A stretch of DNA of 64,000 nucleotides. Origin: an uncultured virus (IMG/VR IMGVR_UViG_2822120212_000001). Its lineage: Duplodnaviria > Heunggongvirae > Uroviricota > Caudoviricetes. The stretch spans positions 1-64,000 of the IMG/VR virus record IMGVR_UViG_2822120212_000001; one strand, written 5' to 3'. The notes below the pieces were generated by a model, which worked only from the letters and a program-made list of their open reading frames with translations, was not told where the DNA came from and made no database searches. Every line of letters begins with the position of its first letter. Positions within the stretch are counted from its first letter, which is position 1. Shown piece by piece: positions 10,998 through 20,553 of this stretch. A program made the position numbers and the translations under genes.

Positions 10998-13019
10998 ATG
11001 GGATTAAATATGAGTTCTCAAAAATTTGGAAGTTTTGAAGATTTAAGCACTACGACTAGACAAAAAATTGAAATGCTAATGAGTAAATTAGATGAGGAAC
11101 AATATACGTATAGTATTTATTATGGTTATCCAATTATTGATGAAAATAATAAAAAAGATTTTGTTAAAGGGATAATTATAAGTGAAAAAGGAATTATAAT
11201 CCTTTACGAAAATCCAGAAGAGAAAAATCTTTATACAACACGCATTTTTCAATTAGTTTCACAAGACTCTTCTTTGTTTGGAATATTAAGGGGTATTGGG
11301 GATTTTATAATAGAATTTAATTTAAATGATTCGAAGATGTTAGAGAACTTAAAACAAGTCCCTCCAAAATTGACCGCAGATATAATTTTGAAGATTAATA
11401 GAGCTGTTCAAATGGCTTATGGTTTAACAAATGAAGATGAACGTGAGTTAAGTAAACCTACAAGCTTAGGGGCCAAGATAAAAGAAAGAAATACATTCAT
11501 AGGGATGTATGATGAAAATCAATTTAATATGATTCATGCTCACCAAAATCAGAATATTCGAGTTCGTGGTTTAGCTGGTAGTGGTAAAACAATTCTAATG
11601 GCTAAAAAAATGGCATACTTGCATTATAAAGATCGAAATAAAAAAATGGCATTCGTTTTTTATACATTGTCCCTTAAACAAACTGTATTGAGATTATTTA
11701 AGCAGTACTATAATGATTATGATAGATATGGTGAGCCTGATTTTAGTAAGATTGATATTTTTCATAGCTGGGGAGGAATGTATAAAAAAGGATTTTATTC
11801 ATTGATAGCCCAATACTCTAATCGGCCATTTTACACCTTAGGTGATGCACAGTCAAAAAAAAATCTTAAGGAAGATCCATATGAATTTGTGTGTAGGGAT
11901 ATTCTTGAAAATGTAAAAGATGAAAATTTAGATTTATATGATTACGTTTTTATAGATGAAGCACAAGATTTTAAAATCAATTTCTTTAAGATGGCAAGAA
12001 AAAGTTTGAAAAAAGATGGCAAGTTAATTTATGCATACGACGAACTACAATCATTAAATGAAGACAATTCTATTCCTCCCAAATCTGAAATATTTGGTAA
12101 TGACGAGTGCATAGATATTAATTTAAAAACTAGTTATAGAGCACCTGTTCAGGTTCTTACAGTAGCACATGCATTGGGATTGGGTATGCATCGGGAAACA
12201 AATGGCGAAGAATTATCCTTTGTAAACATGATTAAAGATAAATCGGTTTGGACTGATGTTGGTTATTATGTAGCAAATGGTAAATTAGAATATGGTGAAT
12301 ATGTTGAACTTGAAAGGAAAGAAGAAAAGGTTCAAGATAACTGTATTGTAAATACTGAAATATGCAACAGTCCAACTGAGCAATATGAAAAACTATCTGA
12401 AAAAATAATTACCCTTATCAAAGAAGAAGATATATTACCAGAAGATATATTAATAATTGATCTAGAAACTCAACAAGTTAATAACAATCATGCAACTTTT
12501 AAGAAGATATTTAATAATTTAGCTCGTAAAAAGGATTTCGTTAAGAATGAAAAGGTTGCAGCTTCAATAAATCTAATAAATAGGGATAATCCCAATGTTG
12601 TTAAAATAAAGGATGCAATACCGTACACTACAATTTTCAGAGCTAAAGGTAATGAGGCGAATATTGTATTTATTGTTAATACGGACACTTTGCAGATGAT
12701 TCAAAGTGTCACTAGGAATAAAATTTTCACTGCTATGACGAGAGCAAGATATGCAGTTTGGCTAATGGGTACAAGAGATATAGAGGCGTATCGAAAAGAG
12801 ATTGAAATTGTTGAAAATAATAATTATATGCTGAAATTCACATACCCATCTGAACAGGAATTAGAAAAAATTAAGACCTACGGAGAAGTAGACAGTAGAA
12901 ACCAAATAAAATTTAATACTGCTGAAAAGTCTTTTGATGAGCTTATAAAATCCAATCCGGACTTAGCAAAATACCTACTCCAGCAAATGCAGTCAAAAGT
13001 TGATGGTTTAGGTGATTAA
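10998..13019 (+). CDS. SF1/UvrD-like helicase of a Helicase-DUF2290-type defence system
   Basis: GLAGSGKT, IDEAQD, TIFRAKGNE, AMTRAR motifs; overlaps the next gene. Confidence 0.85.
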   Translation: MGLNMSSQKFGSFEDLSTTTRQKIEMLMSKLDEEQYTYSIYYGYPIIDENNKKDFVKGIIISEKGIIILYENPEEKNLYTTRIFQLVSQDSSLFGILRGIGDFIIEFNLNDSKMLENLKQVPPKLTADIILKINRAVQMAYGLTNEDERELSKPTSLGAKIKERNTFIGMYDENQFNMIHAHQNQNIRVRGLAGSGKTILMAKKMAYLHYKDRNKKMAFVFYTLSLKQTVLRLFKQYYNDYDRYGEPDFSKIDIFHSWGGMYKKGFYSLIAQYSNRPFYTLGDAQSKKNLKEDPYEFVCRDILENVKDENLDLYDYVFIDEAQDFKINFFKMARKSLKKDGKLIYAYDELQSLNEDNSIPPKSEIFGNDECIDINLKTSYRAPVQVLTVAHALGLGMHRETNGEELSFVNMIKDKSVWTDVGYYVANGKLEYGEYVELERKEEKVQDNCIVNTEICNSPTEQYEKLSEKIITLIKEEDILPEDILIIDLETQQVNNNHATFKKIFNNLARKKDFVKNEKVAASINLINRDNPNVVKIKDAIPYTTIFRAKGNEANIVFIVNTDTLQMIQSVTRNKIFTAMTRARYAVWLMGTRDIEAYRKEIEIVENNNYMLKFTYPSEQELEKIKTYGEVDSRNQIKFNTAEKSFDELIKSNPDLAKYLLQQMQSKVDGLGD

Positions 13020-13713
13020 TGTGGCTAAGACTAAAGAATTAGTTGGTACTTTAGAAAAAGACTTAGTTATAAATCAATTGACTAATTTGTACTTGGTTCA
13101 GGAAAAGATACCTAATATAAATAACAGTAAAATTCCAGAAATTAAAGAAAATAGTGTTGGACGAAGAACTCCGAAGTTTACCAGTAGAACGTATGCGGAA
13201 GTCTATAGAGATATGCTATTTAACGAGAATTATAATTTGTTGTTAAATGATGATTCTATAATTGATTTCCATTATGAATTCAATGATGAAGGGAAAATAA
13301 TAGGGCATAATTTATCATTCATTCCGGGACTTGATGCAGAAATAAGCTTAAATGAAGATATGTATAATATGGAAGATCAAATTATTATTTTAACAACAGC
13401 AACAAATTATCTAAGGATAGATTATGATTTAACAGGAAAAAAGGACATTGTTCACACAGATGTTCATATGCACTATGGTTTGTTTGAAAGAGGAGAAAAA
13501 GGGGAGGGATTACTTTCAGAGCTAAGGGTACCGATAGAAGGTATTTTGTATCCTTATGAGTTTATATATATTGTTCTTAAATATATATATGACGTTAGCG
13601 ATGATGATCTGCAATTCCTGTTAGATTTTGAGTACAGTAAAAAGCATTGTCTTGAAGAATGTGAATTTGATAAACTGATACTTTCCTTTGATAGAAAGTC
13701 CTATCAGTATTGA
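13012..13713 (+). CDS. DUF2290-like protein
   Basis: YLRIDYD...HTDVHMHYG...LRVP motif; coupled to the helicase. Confidence 0.7.
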   Translation: MINVAKTKELVGTLEKDLVINQLTNLYLVQEKIPNINNSKIPEIKENSVGRRTPKFTSRTYAEVYRDMLFNENYNLLLNDDSIIDFHYEFNDEGKIIGHNLSFIPGLDAEISLNEDMYNMEDQIIILTTATNYLRIDYDLTGKKDIVHTDVHMHYGLFERGEKGEGLLSELRVPIEGILYPYEFIYIVLKYIYDVSDDDLQFLLDFEYSKKHCLEECEFDKLILSFDRKSYQY

Positions 13714-13757
13714 ACTGTTTTTGATGTAGTGTTGTTGTATTATGTTTATATTGACAA

Positions 13758-13790
13758 AAAATAAGGTGGCAAATGCCACCTTATTTTTTT
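13758..13790. terminator. Bidirectional intrinsic terminator
   Basis: AAAAAATAAGGTGGC-AAAT-GCCACCTTATTTTTTT. Confidence 0.8.
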
Positions 13791-13981
13791 CTTTTTTACA
13801 CTATTGTTAAAAATATCCACGTGAGGTTCTCGTAAACTTAATTTGTCTATTTTATTTCTATGTCATTTAAGGAACGTTTCTATATGGCTATTCACAAACT
13901 TTCTCAACATTTTTCTGATAACCACACGACTGAATTTTGGCAAAAATATGATATTATGAAAATAATAAAATAAACGGACGT

Positions 13982-14066
13982 AAAAAAGACCCACGGTGCA
14001 AGTAGTGCTGGTAACACTCTTACACTGCCCCTACTACCCTAGGGAACATTGTCGCGGATCTTATAC
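13982..14066 (-). ncRNA. Antisense RNA within the aimR leader
   Basis: Minus strand TGTGT-TATAAT at ~14072-14082; AAGATCCGCG/CGTGGGTCTT closing stem with two inner hairpins and a U-tail. Confidence 0.6.
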
Positions 14067-14097
14067 ATATAATTATAACACACCATAGATTGAGGGT

Positions 14098-14135
14098 GGC
14101 ACGTTTTCCTTTATGGGGTTTACGTGTCTTTTGTT
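14098..14135 (+). terminator. Attenuator-like terminator just upstream of the aimR RBS
   Basis: GGCACGT...ACGTGTC followed by TTTTGTT. Confidence 0.55.
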
Positions 14136-14153
14136 CCGGCAAGGAGGAGCAAA

Positions 14154-15326
14154 ATGAAATATTGGTTATTTAAAGTTGTTGATCAAATTGATTTTCAAAA
14201 AAAGAGCCAAGAGAGTATTTCAAAAGAACTTGGAATAAGTGGCCCTGCGTTTTCAAAGAATTTATCAGGGAAAAGTGAATTGAATTTTTTAAATGTAGTA
14301 AAGTTAGTTGAATTATTATATGAAGATCCGCTTGAAAAGAATTATATGATCCATGAATTTTGTAAAAAAACTAAAAGTAAAAAGAATTTAAGAATAGCTA
14401 TGGAGTATGGAAATGCTTTAGGGGATTTGGAACTCCTTAGAATCGCGATTCAAAGAGGCTTTGAATCTAATAACTCTAAAACTTACGAATGGGCATATAT
14501 ATATGAACTCGTTTGGTTAAGAGCTAAGAAATTTTTTACAGCTGAAAAACTTTTAACGGAGACTGAGAATAGGAAAAAGAGTAAAGTTCTTAAAAATGAA
14601 GAAACTAAAATAATGTTTGATATTTTAACATTATATTCTATGTATGATTGTAGGGATTTTAAACTTTTAGATGGGTATATACAAACATTACAGGAAAAAA
14701 TATCTGAACTTCCTAGCCAATTTATAAAAGATATATACAGTAGCCGTGTAAAGGAATGGTATGCGTATGCATTGCTAATGGACGAGCAAATAGAAAAATC
14801 AAGAGAACTATGCCATAGTATATTGAATGTTAATGATGAATTAGGTTATTTAAGGTTATTAAAAATTTCTGCATTAGGATATTTAGGTGAATCATACGTT
14901 GAAAATTATGAACAATCTTTATGGTATTTAAATAAAGGGATTGAGATGCTAGACCAACTATCTTATGAGAAAGCAGAAAACCGAAAAAAAGAGTTTTTAA
15001 ATATGAGGTCTTACATTAGAATAATCCATCAAAAGGATATGTATGATTTACAAATTTTTGATGTGGGCGAGAAAGCGCTTCTATATATAGTAACAGGAGA
15101 AAAAGAAAAAGCTGCCACTATATTAAGAAAGTACGAAAAAGAGAATGGTAGTCTGTCTCCAATGAAATTATGTTATTTAGGAATGGCATTGGAAGATAGA
15201 AAATTACTAGAAAAATCAATTGAGTTATTCTACTCGCAAGGGTGTAAATTTTATAGTTATTTACCTCGAAAAATATTGGTAGATATTAATGAAAATGGTA
15301 TAATATACAAGGGTGATGCTAAATGA
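14154..15326 (+). CDS. aimR: Arbitrium receptor (HTH + TPR, RRNPP family)
   Basis: N-terminal HTH, KKNLRIAMEY motif, helical repeats; followed by a secreted peptide gene; next to the repressor; AAGGAGG RBS. Confidence 0.85.
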   Translation: MKYWLFKVVDQIDFQKKSQESISKELGISGPAFSKNLSGKSELNFLNVVKLVELLYEDPLEKNYMIHEFCKKTKSKKNLRIAMEYGNALGDLELLRIAIQRGFESNNSKTYEWAYIYELVWLRAKKFFTAEKLLTETENRKKSKVLKNEETKIMFDILTLYSMYDCRDFKLLDGYIQTLQEKISELPSQFIKDIYSSRVKEWYAYALLMDEQIEKSRELCHSILNVNDELGYLRLLKISALGYLGESYVENYEQSLWYLNKGIEMLDQLSYEKAENRKKEFLNMRSYIRIIHQKDMYDLQIFDVGEKALLYIVTGEKEKAATILRKYEKENGSLSPMKLCYLGMALEDRKLLEKSIELFYSQGCKFYSYLPRKILVDINENGIIYKGDAK

Positions 15327-15478
15327 AAAAAGTACTAGCTTTAGTAACAACTTTGGCTTTAGTCGGAGTACTATATGTATCTCCTGTTAAAGGTCAAAAG
15401 GAGCAGCCTAAACAAGTAGCAAAGGATGCTCAAACTCAAATTATGCTTAGAATGGACCCAGGGACAGGAATGGGATAA
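15323..15478 (+). CDS. aimP: Arbitrium pro-peptide MKKVLALVTTLALVGVLYVSPVKGQKEQPKQVAKDAQTQIMLRMDPGTGMG (51 aa; absent from the ORF track)
   Basis: ATGA overlap with aimR stop, signal peptide, C-terminal DPG/Gly-rich peptide. Confidence 0.85.
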   Translation: MKKVLALVTTLALVGVLYVSPVKGQKEQPKQVAKDAQTQIMLRMDPGTGMG

Positions 15479-15510
15479 TTTTCTGGTTAAGGGTTCGATA
15501 TAAATAGATT

Positions 15511-15545
15511 GAATGCGATTGTCTCTTAATGGGGCAATCGCATTC
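15511..15545 (+). promoter_or_regulatory. Inverted repeat between aimP and aimX (terminator or AimR-controlled site)
   Basis: GAATGCGATTGTCTC-TTAAT-GGGGCAATCGCATTC. Confidence 0.65.
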
Positions 15546-15644
15546 GCTGTTTATAGGGGGATTAACTAAATTTCAAAATTAAATATTAGTTATACATTGT
15601 GATAAATTCACAAACTACTATGAAAATATCGGAGGATGTTGGTG

Positions 15645-15782
15645 ATGGAACAAAATACAATCGAAAAAGAGTTAATCGAAGTTGAAGGTAATCTACAAGG
15701 AATCTTTAATGCGGCTCATAATGGGGATGCTGAGTCTTATGAAATTCTTTTGAAAATAAAAGAGGCGATCGGTAGCATTTAA
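15645..15782 (+). CDS. aimX: AimX-position small ORF (45 aa), convergent with the repressor
   Basis: GGAGG RBS, MEQNTIEKELIEVEGNLQGIFNAAHNGDAESYEILLKIKEAIGSI; called from position only. Confidence 0.55.
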   Translation: MEQNTIEKELIEVEGNLQGIFNAAHNGDAESYEILLKIKEAIGSI

Positions 15783-15787
15783 CGCTA

Positions 15788-16138
15788 TCAATCGCCTGAT
15801 ATTTTAACTAGTTGTTTTATCATTTCAATAAGTTCTTTTTGTTTATCAGGATTCTTAGATCGAATATCTATCATTACTTGTTCTAAGTCATCCTTAGCTG
15901 TTAATTCAGGATTCTTCTCATCGGATTCACCTAATACATAAGAAACGGATACATTTGCGAGTTTAGCTATATCTAAAGAAGTTTTTCTCGATGGACATTT
16001 ATCTATTTCTTCGTTCTCCCACATAGATACAGCAGATTTACTTTTTAGTCCTAGTGCGTTAATGAATTCAGATTGGCTCATTTTGAGTATTTCCGTTCTG
16101 ATTTCTTTAACCCTTTTACTAATCAATTGATGATTCAT
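15788..16138 (-). CDS. CI-like XRE repressor (no peptidase domain)
   Basis: HTH MSQSEFINALGLKSKSAVSMWEN; divergent from a cro-like gene. Confidence 0.85.
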   Translation of the reverse strand: MNHQLISKRVKEIRTEILKMSQSEFINALGLKSKSAVSMWENEEIDKCPSRKTSLDIAKLANVSVSYVLGESDEKNPELTAKDDLEQVMIDIRSKNPDKQKELIEMIKQLVKISGD

Positions 16139-16230
16139 CAGTTTTCTCTCCTTTATAGAAGTCCCGTCTACTATTATCTTTTACTTTTTTTCATTAACTA
16201 TAGTCAATATATATAAAATTTAACAGGAAA

Positions 16231-16590
16231 GTTCACTCAAAGACAACCTTTTTAAGTTTATAGAAAAAAATAAATTTCGTTGTTCACAAAAAGTGAACGT
16301 TGTGTTATTATCAAATTAACGAAAAGAACAAAGGTGATAAACATGAAACTAAATATCGAAAAGGCCAAATCGTTACGCAAGAAACGTGGTTATAGTCAGG
16401 CTTATGTAGGTGATTATCTTGGTTACTCAACAAAATCCGCTTATTCACAACTTGAATCTGGCAAGAGACAACCAAGTATATACAGATTGGGTTTGTTGTC
16501 TAAATTGTATGATGTTACAGTTGATGAATTAGTAGAAAGTTAACGAAAAGTTAACTATTATTTTTAACTAAACGTTCACTTTTTGTGAAC
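16231..16590. promoter_or_regulatory. Operator set GTTCAC-N5-GTGAAC
   Basis: Copies at 16231-16247 (degenerate), 16282-16298, 16539-16555 (GTTAAC variant), 16574-16590. Confidence 0.75.
16343..16543 (+). CDS. Cro-like XRE regulator
   Basis: 66-aa HTH, AGGTG RBS. Confidence 0.85.
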   Translation: MKLNIEKAKSLRKKRGYSQAYVGDYLGYSTKSAYSQLESGKRQPSIYRLGLLSKLYDVTVDELVES

Positions 16591-16607
16591 TGAGAGGAGG
16601 AAAGAAA

Positions 16608-17411
16608 ATGAAGCAGTTACAGGTTTTCAATCATCAAGAATTTGGAGCGTTAGAGGTTATACACCTTAACGGTAAGGAAATTTTCAATCTTGAAAATGTA
16701 GCGTGGTCACTTGGATATACGAAAGTGGCAAAAGGGAAAACTTATCTTCGAAAAGATCGTATCGAGAAAGTCATCCAAAAAGCTGATATATCAGTAATTG
16801 TCCACGATGGACAACCATACATTACCGAAGATGGATTGTATGAGCTGATTTTCGAATCAGAAACTCAGAAAGCAAAAGAATTTCGAAAATGGGTAACAAG
16901 CGAAGTGCTACCTTCTATTAGAAAACACGGAGCATACATGACGCCGAAAACAATCAACGCCCTACTTCAAGATCCAGACTTAATTATCGGTCTTGCATCA
17001 CAACTGAAGCAGGAACAACAAGCTAGACAGATTGCAGAGCAAAAGAATCTTATGTTAACACAACAAATTGCAGAAAACGCATCAAAGATTACATACCTAG
17101 ATCAAATTCTTCAATCGCAAGATACAGTAACAGTTTCGCAGGTTGCAGCTGACTATGGTTTGTCAGCAATGAAGCTTAATAAAATCCTAAATGATGAAAA
17201 AGTACAGTACAAAGTAAATAATCAATGGTTACTTTACTCTAAACACCAAAACAAAGGTTACACAAAATCGAAAACAGTTGATGTAGTGCATACAGATGGT
17301 AGTAGATCAGTGAAAATGAATACTCGTTGGACGCAAAAAGGAAGACTTTTCATCCACGAACTTCTAACGAAACGCGGAATCATTCCAGAAATGGATAGGG
17401 AGGCGGTTTAA
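16608..17411 (+). CDS. Phage antirepressor (Bro-N + ANT/KilA-C)
   Basis: FRKWVTSEVLPSIRKHGAY and TRWTQKGRLFI motifs. Confidence 0.9.
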   Translation: MKQLQVFNHQEFGALEVIHLNGKEIFNLENVAWSLGYTKVAKGKTYLRKDRIEKVIQKADISVIVHDGQPYITEDGLYELIFESETQKAKEFRKWVTSEVLPSIRKHGAYMTPKTINALLQDPDLIIGLASQLKQEQQARQIAEQKNLMLTQQIAENASKITYLDQILQSQDTVTVSQVAADYGLSAMKLNKILNDEKVQYKVNNQWLLYSKHQNKGYTKSKTVDVVHTDGSRSVKMNTRWTQKGRLFIHELLTKRGIIPEMDREAV

Positions 17412-17531
17412 ATGATGGAAGAAAGCACATTAGCACATTTAATGATTCTGGTTATGTTCATTACACTTTATGGGTTCATTCATCTGATGGATTGGATAGA
17501 TAGACGGTATATAAGGGCGGAACAAAAATGA
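17412..17531 (+). CDS. Small membrane protein (39 aa)
   Basis: GGGAGG RBS, single TM. Confidence 0.5.
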   Translation: MMEESTLAHLMILVMFITLYGFIHLMDWIDRRYIRAEQK

Positions 17532-17691
17532 CAAACATATTAAATAAAATAGAAGTAGCTCAAAAATTACTAGAGAGAATTAACGAAATAACTCAGGTTT
17601 GTAACAGTGCAGAAACAGCACTAGTGATTAAAAATTTAGCGGAAGCAAGGAAAATTATTTTAAATTGTTAAGGACCGAAGGAGAGAGGGAA

Positions 17692-17880
17692 ATGAACTCA
17701 AAGGTGTTTATTACAAACTATGATAGCAAGACGACGAATTTAAAAGGGAAGGTTAAAGAAAGCCAATTTAAGTTGGAGTTAACTTTCTGGAGTAAAGAAG
17801 AATGCATGTCAGCACAAGCATCCTTCCTAAAAGATTTTAATGATTTTCTTAAACAAAGAAATAGTAAGGCTGATTTCTAA
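17692..17880 (+). CDS. Hypothetical early protein
   Basis: GAGG RBS; 3' end overlaps the convergent DUF2513 gene. Confidence 0.5.
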   Translation: MNSKVFITNYDSKTTNLKGKVKESQFKLELTFWSKEECMSAQASFLKDFNDFLKQRNSKADF

Positions 17881-18254
17881 GATTTCAATCCTAACATATC
17901 AGCTATATATGCTTTTGCTAGTTCAGACAATATAGGGAGAGAAACACTTCCAACAATAGATGCTTTTTCCTTAGTCTTCTCCCAAACGGTCTTCTCACGA
18001 ATGTTATCTAAGAATTGGTGACCATTCCATGTTATAGAGGAAATAATTGCGTCCTGTCCTTCATAGTAGGTTTGTGTAGAAGCATTAATATATCCAGCTT
18101 CTACTAACCGTTGAATGGTATAAAAAATATCTTCTTCTGAATAGCTTTGTAATTTGTCCTTTTGCAATAAAAAGTGAAGAGATAATAATTCATTGTGATC
18201 TGACTCTTCAACAGTTAACAACAGATCACGCACACAATCATGATTTAATTTCAT
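17877..18254 (-). CDS. DUF2513-family protein (moron antisense to the early operon)
   Basis: MKLNHDCVRDLLL...ITWNGHQFLDNIR..VWEKTK; GGAGGTG RBS. Confidence 0.8.
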   Translation of the reverse strand: MKLNHDCVRDLLLTVEESDHNELLSLHFLLQKDKLQSYSEEDIFYTIQRLVEAGYINASTQTYYEGQDAIISSITWNGHQFLDNIREKTVWEKTKEKASIVGSVSLPILSELAKAYIADMLGLKS

Positions 18255-18327
18255 ATATTCACCTCCTGTCAAATCTGATAGGAACATTATACCAAATTAG
18301 GATAGTGATAGATAAGGTGGGAAGGCG

Positions 18328-18465
18328 ATGGATAAACAGCAATGTGATGAAAACGAACAAAAGAAACTCGCGTGGATCATAAAGGATTTAAGAGCTAGAG
18401 GGATACATAACAGCGCAGATAAGGTTGAGGAAGCACATAAGAAGTATATAACTCTAGCTAAATGA
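18328..18465 (+). CDS. Small phage protein (45 aa)
   Basis: AAGGTGG RBS, open frame MDKQQCDENEQKKLAWII... Confidence 0.5.
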   Translation: MDKQQCDENEQKKLAWIIKDLRARGIHNSADKVEEAHKKYITLAK

Positions 18466-18733
18466 TAAAAGCCCTGCAAGGGGATGCAGGGCAAGACTAA
18501 GGGTATTGAAGAATTGTCGATTCTAAAAGTAAAGGACTTCTTGGAATGTTATAAGTTTAACATATAGTTCATTAAATTTTTATATAAAGATTTTACGAAT
18601 TTATGAACAAGATAAAATTTGATAAAAGGAGTGATTCATGTGGAAGAAAATAAGAATCAAGCCCCTGCGGTAACAGAGGCTGAAATTAAAGTGGTTATTA
18701 TTCTTGATTCAAAAGAAGTAGCATTACAAATCG

Positions 18734-18979
18734 TTAGACCAACTCTTTCTCAGAGTTAATTTCATCAACAACTTTTTGAAGTAGCTCAATAGTAAATTGA
18801 TTTTGGTGAGAAAGTTTTATTCCAATTAACGGTGCTACAATTTTTTGGATAATATCGCCTGGAGTCATTGCTTGACCGTTAATTCGTTCAATAAACTCTT
18901 CCACATCAATTAGATTAGCTTCTCTATTTTTACTTTCAATTTCTTTAGCTAAAGCCATAACATCAATGTTATTTTTCAT
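18734..18979 (-). CDS. Hypothetical protein with a sigma-H-like promoter
   Basis: AAGGAGGTG RBS; minus strand AGGA-N17-GAAT overlapping TGTCGAA at ~19006-19032. Confidence 0.65.
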   Translation of the reverse strand: MKNNIDVMALAKEIESKNREANLIDVEEFIERINGQAMTPGDIIQKIVAPLIGIKLSHQNQFTIELLQKVVDEINSEKELV

Positions 18980-19328
18980 ATGAAACACCTCCTTTTTGTC
19001 TAATTAATTCGACAAAAAGGAGGAAAATCCTACAAGAATAAGACGAGTCTTTTATCGTCCGAATATTCAGTTATATAATATTAGTTCTGCACCTTATTGA
19101 GAGGTTCCTGGATATTCTGATGTGTGAAAGCATCAAAAAAGCCCGTACAGAAGCACAGGCCAGTTGTTACACATATCGGTAACTAAATTTTAACAGACTT
19201 TCAGAAAGTTAGCTATTGAAAGTATAAAACGCTCGATGGCAACGAGCGTTTTAGAGAAAATATTCCCTAAAATTAGCTACACATATTATAGCATAAGTTT
19301 TCTCTCAGTAAATAAGGAGGAATGAAAT

Positions 19329-19529
19329 ATGATTGAAAATCTAATTACTTACGGTAATCATCACGATTCATCAGCAAGAGACTTCATGGATTACTGCCAA
19401 GGATGTGGCGGAGAAATCTTCTACGGGGAAGGATACCTTGATTTTAGTGGTGATCCAATCCATGCAGAATCTGAATGCATCAAAAAGTACGTTGAGGAAC
19501 ATTCCATGAAGAAAGTAGCAGGTGAATGA
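19329..19529 (+). CDS. Small Zn-finger-like phage protein
   Basis: CQGC...H..EC; strong RBS. Confidence 0.7.
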   Translation: MIENLITYGNHHDSSARDFMDYCQGCGGEIFYGEGYLDFSGDPIHAESECIKKYVEEHSMKKVAGE

Positions 19530-19722
19530 AATGGATATGAACATACATCACAAATTTGAATTAGAAAAACGAATTTTCAATAGATTGATTGAGCATAACA
19601 GGCAAAACGCTGAACCTCATTCAAAGGCTGTCATTTTAGCGTATGAGCATGGTTTACAAGTTTTAGAGGATATGTACAAAACTAGCAAACAAGAAGAGGT
19701 AAATGAAACATCGCCATTTTAA
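19522..19722 (+). CDS. Hypothetical phage protein
   Basis: ORF overlapping the previous gene within the operon. Confidence 0.65.
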   Translation: MNEMDMNIHHKFELEKRIFNRLIEHNRQNAEPHSKAVILAYEHGLQVLEDMYKTSKQEEVNETSPF

Positions 19723-19739
19723 AAGAGAGGGAGATTCTT

Positions 19740-20363
19740 ATGACAACTGAAAATTACTTTTCTAAATTAGCTCAAATAGATTGCTCGGAACATGTTGAAA
19801 AGAAAGGTCGCTTTAGCTATCTATCGTGGGCGTGGGCGGTTAAAAAGCTTCGTGAAGTAGATCCGACGGCAACATGGGAAGTAAAGCGATTCGATGGAGT
19901 ACCTTACCTTAAAACGGATTGCGGTTACTTTGTAGAAGTTGAGGTAACTGTACAGGGATTACCGCTTAGTCAGATTCATCCGATACTTAACAACCAAAAT
20001 AAGCCAATTGATGAGCCTAACAGCTTTGACATTAACACAAGTATCCAACGTTGCTTAGTAAAAGCTATAGCACTTCACGGATTGGGATTATATATCTATG
20101 CGGGCGAAGACTTGCCAGAAGTGCACGAAGAAATGGTTACTGCTCAACAGGTTGGTGCAATCAAATTAAACATAAAAAAACTAGTTACTCTTCGGAAAGT
20201 AGACGAAGACACGATTAAAGGTCATTTAAGTATCAAAGAAGTTGCTGAATTAACGTTAAAGCAAGCTGAAGAGGTACTTAAAAAATCAACGGATTGGGTT
20301 AAAAACGCTGAAAAAGAAGCAGCGGAAGCTAAAGAAAAAGAAATGGTAGATCAAACAAATTAA
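19740..20363 (+). CDS. sak: Sak/Rad52-like ssDNA annealing protein (DUF1071)
   Basis: YLSWAWA...DINTSIQRCLVKAIALHGLGLYIYAGEDLP. Confidence 0.9.
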   Translation: MTTENYFSKLAQIDCSEHVEKKGRFSYLSWAWAVKKLREVDPTATWEVKRFDGVPYLKTDCGYFVEVEVTVQGLPLSQIHPILNNQNKPIDEPNSFDINTSIQRCLVKAIALHGLGLYIYAGEDLPEVHEEMVTAQQVGAIKLNIKKLVTLRKVDEDTIKGHLSIKEVAELTLKQAEEVLKKSTDWVKNAEKEAAEAKEKEMVDQTN

Positions 20364-20376
20364 GGAGTGAAAACCT

Positions 20377-20553
20377 ATGTTAGATAAAAATCAATCTAAA
20401 GTCGTCCTTCCGGCGTGGGTGTGGAAGGGCGCGCGAAATGAAAAAGAAGCGAGAGAAAAGGCGATTGAGTACATCACTCCTGATCGCTATCCAGGATATA
20501 AAATAATCAAAATTCAAGGTGACATAGCGGTATGCGAAAGGGAGATGGTTTGA
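20377..20553 (+). CDS. Small phage protein (58 aa)
   Basis: AAGGAG RBS; MLDKNQSKVVLPAWVW... Confidence 0.6.
   Translation: MLDKNQSKVVLPAWVWKGARNEKEAREKAIEYITPDRYPGYKIIKIQGDIAVCEREMV

Noticed and set aside
4982..13019. OLD nuclease + helicase as Gabija
   Set aside because: Over 4 kb apart, on opposite strands, and the helicase is coupled to a DUF2290-like gene
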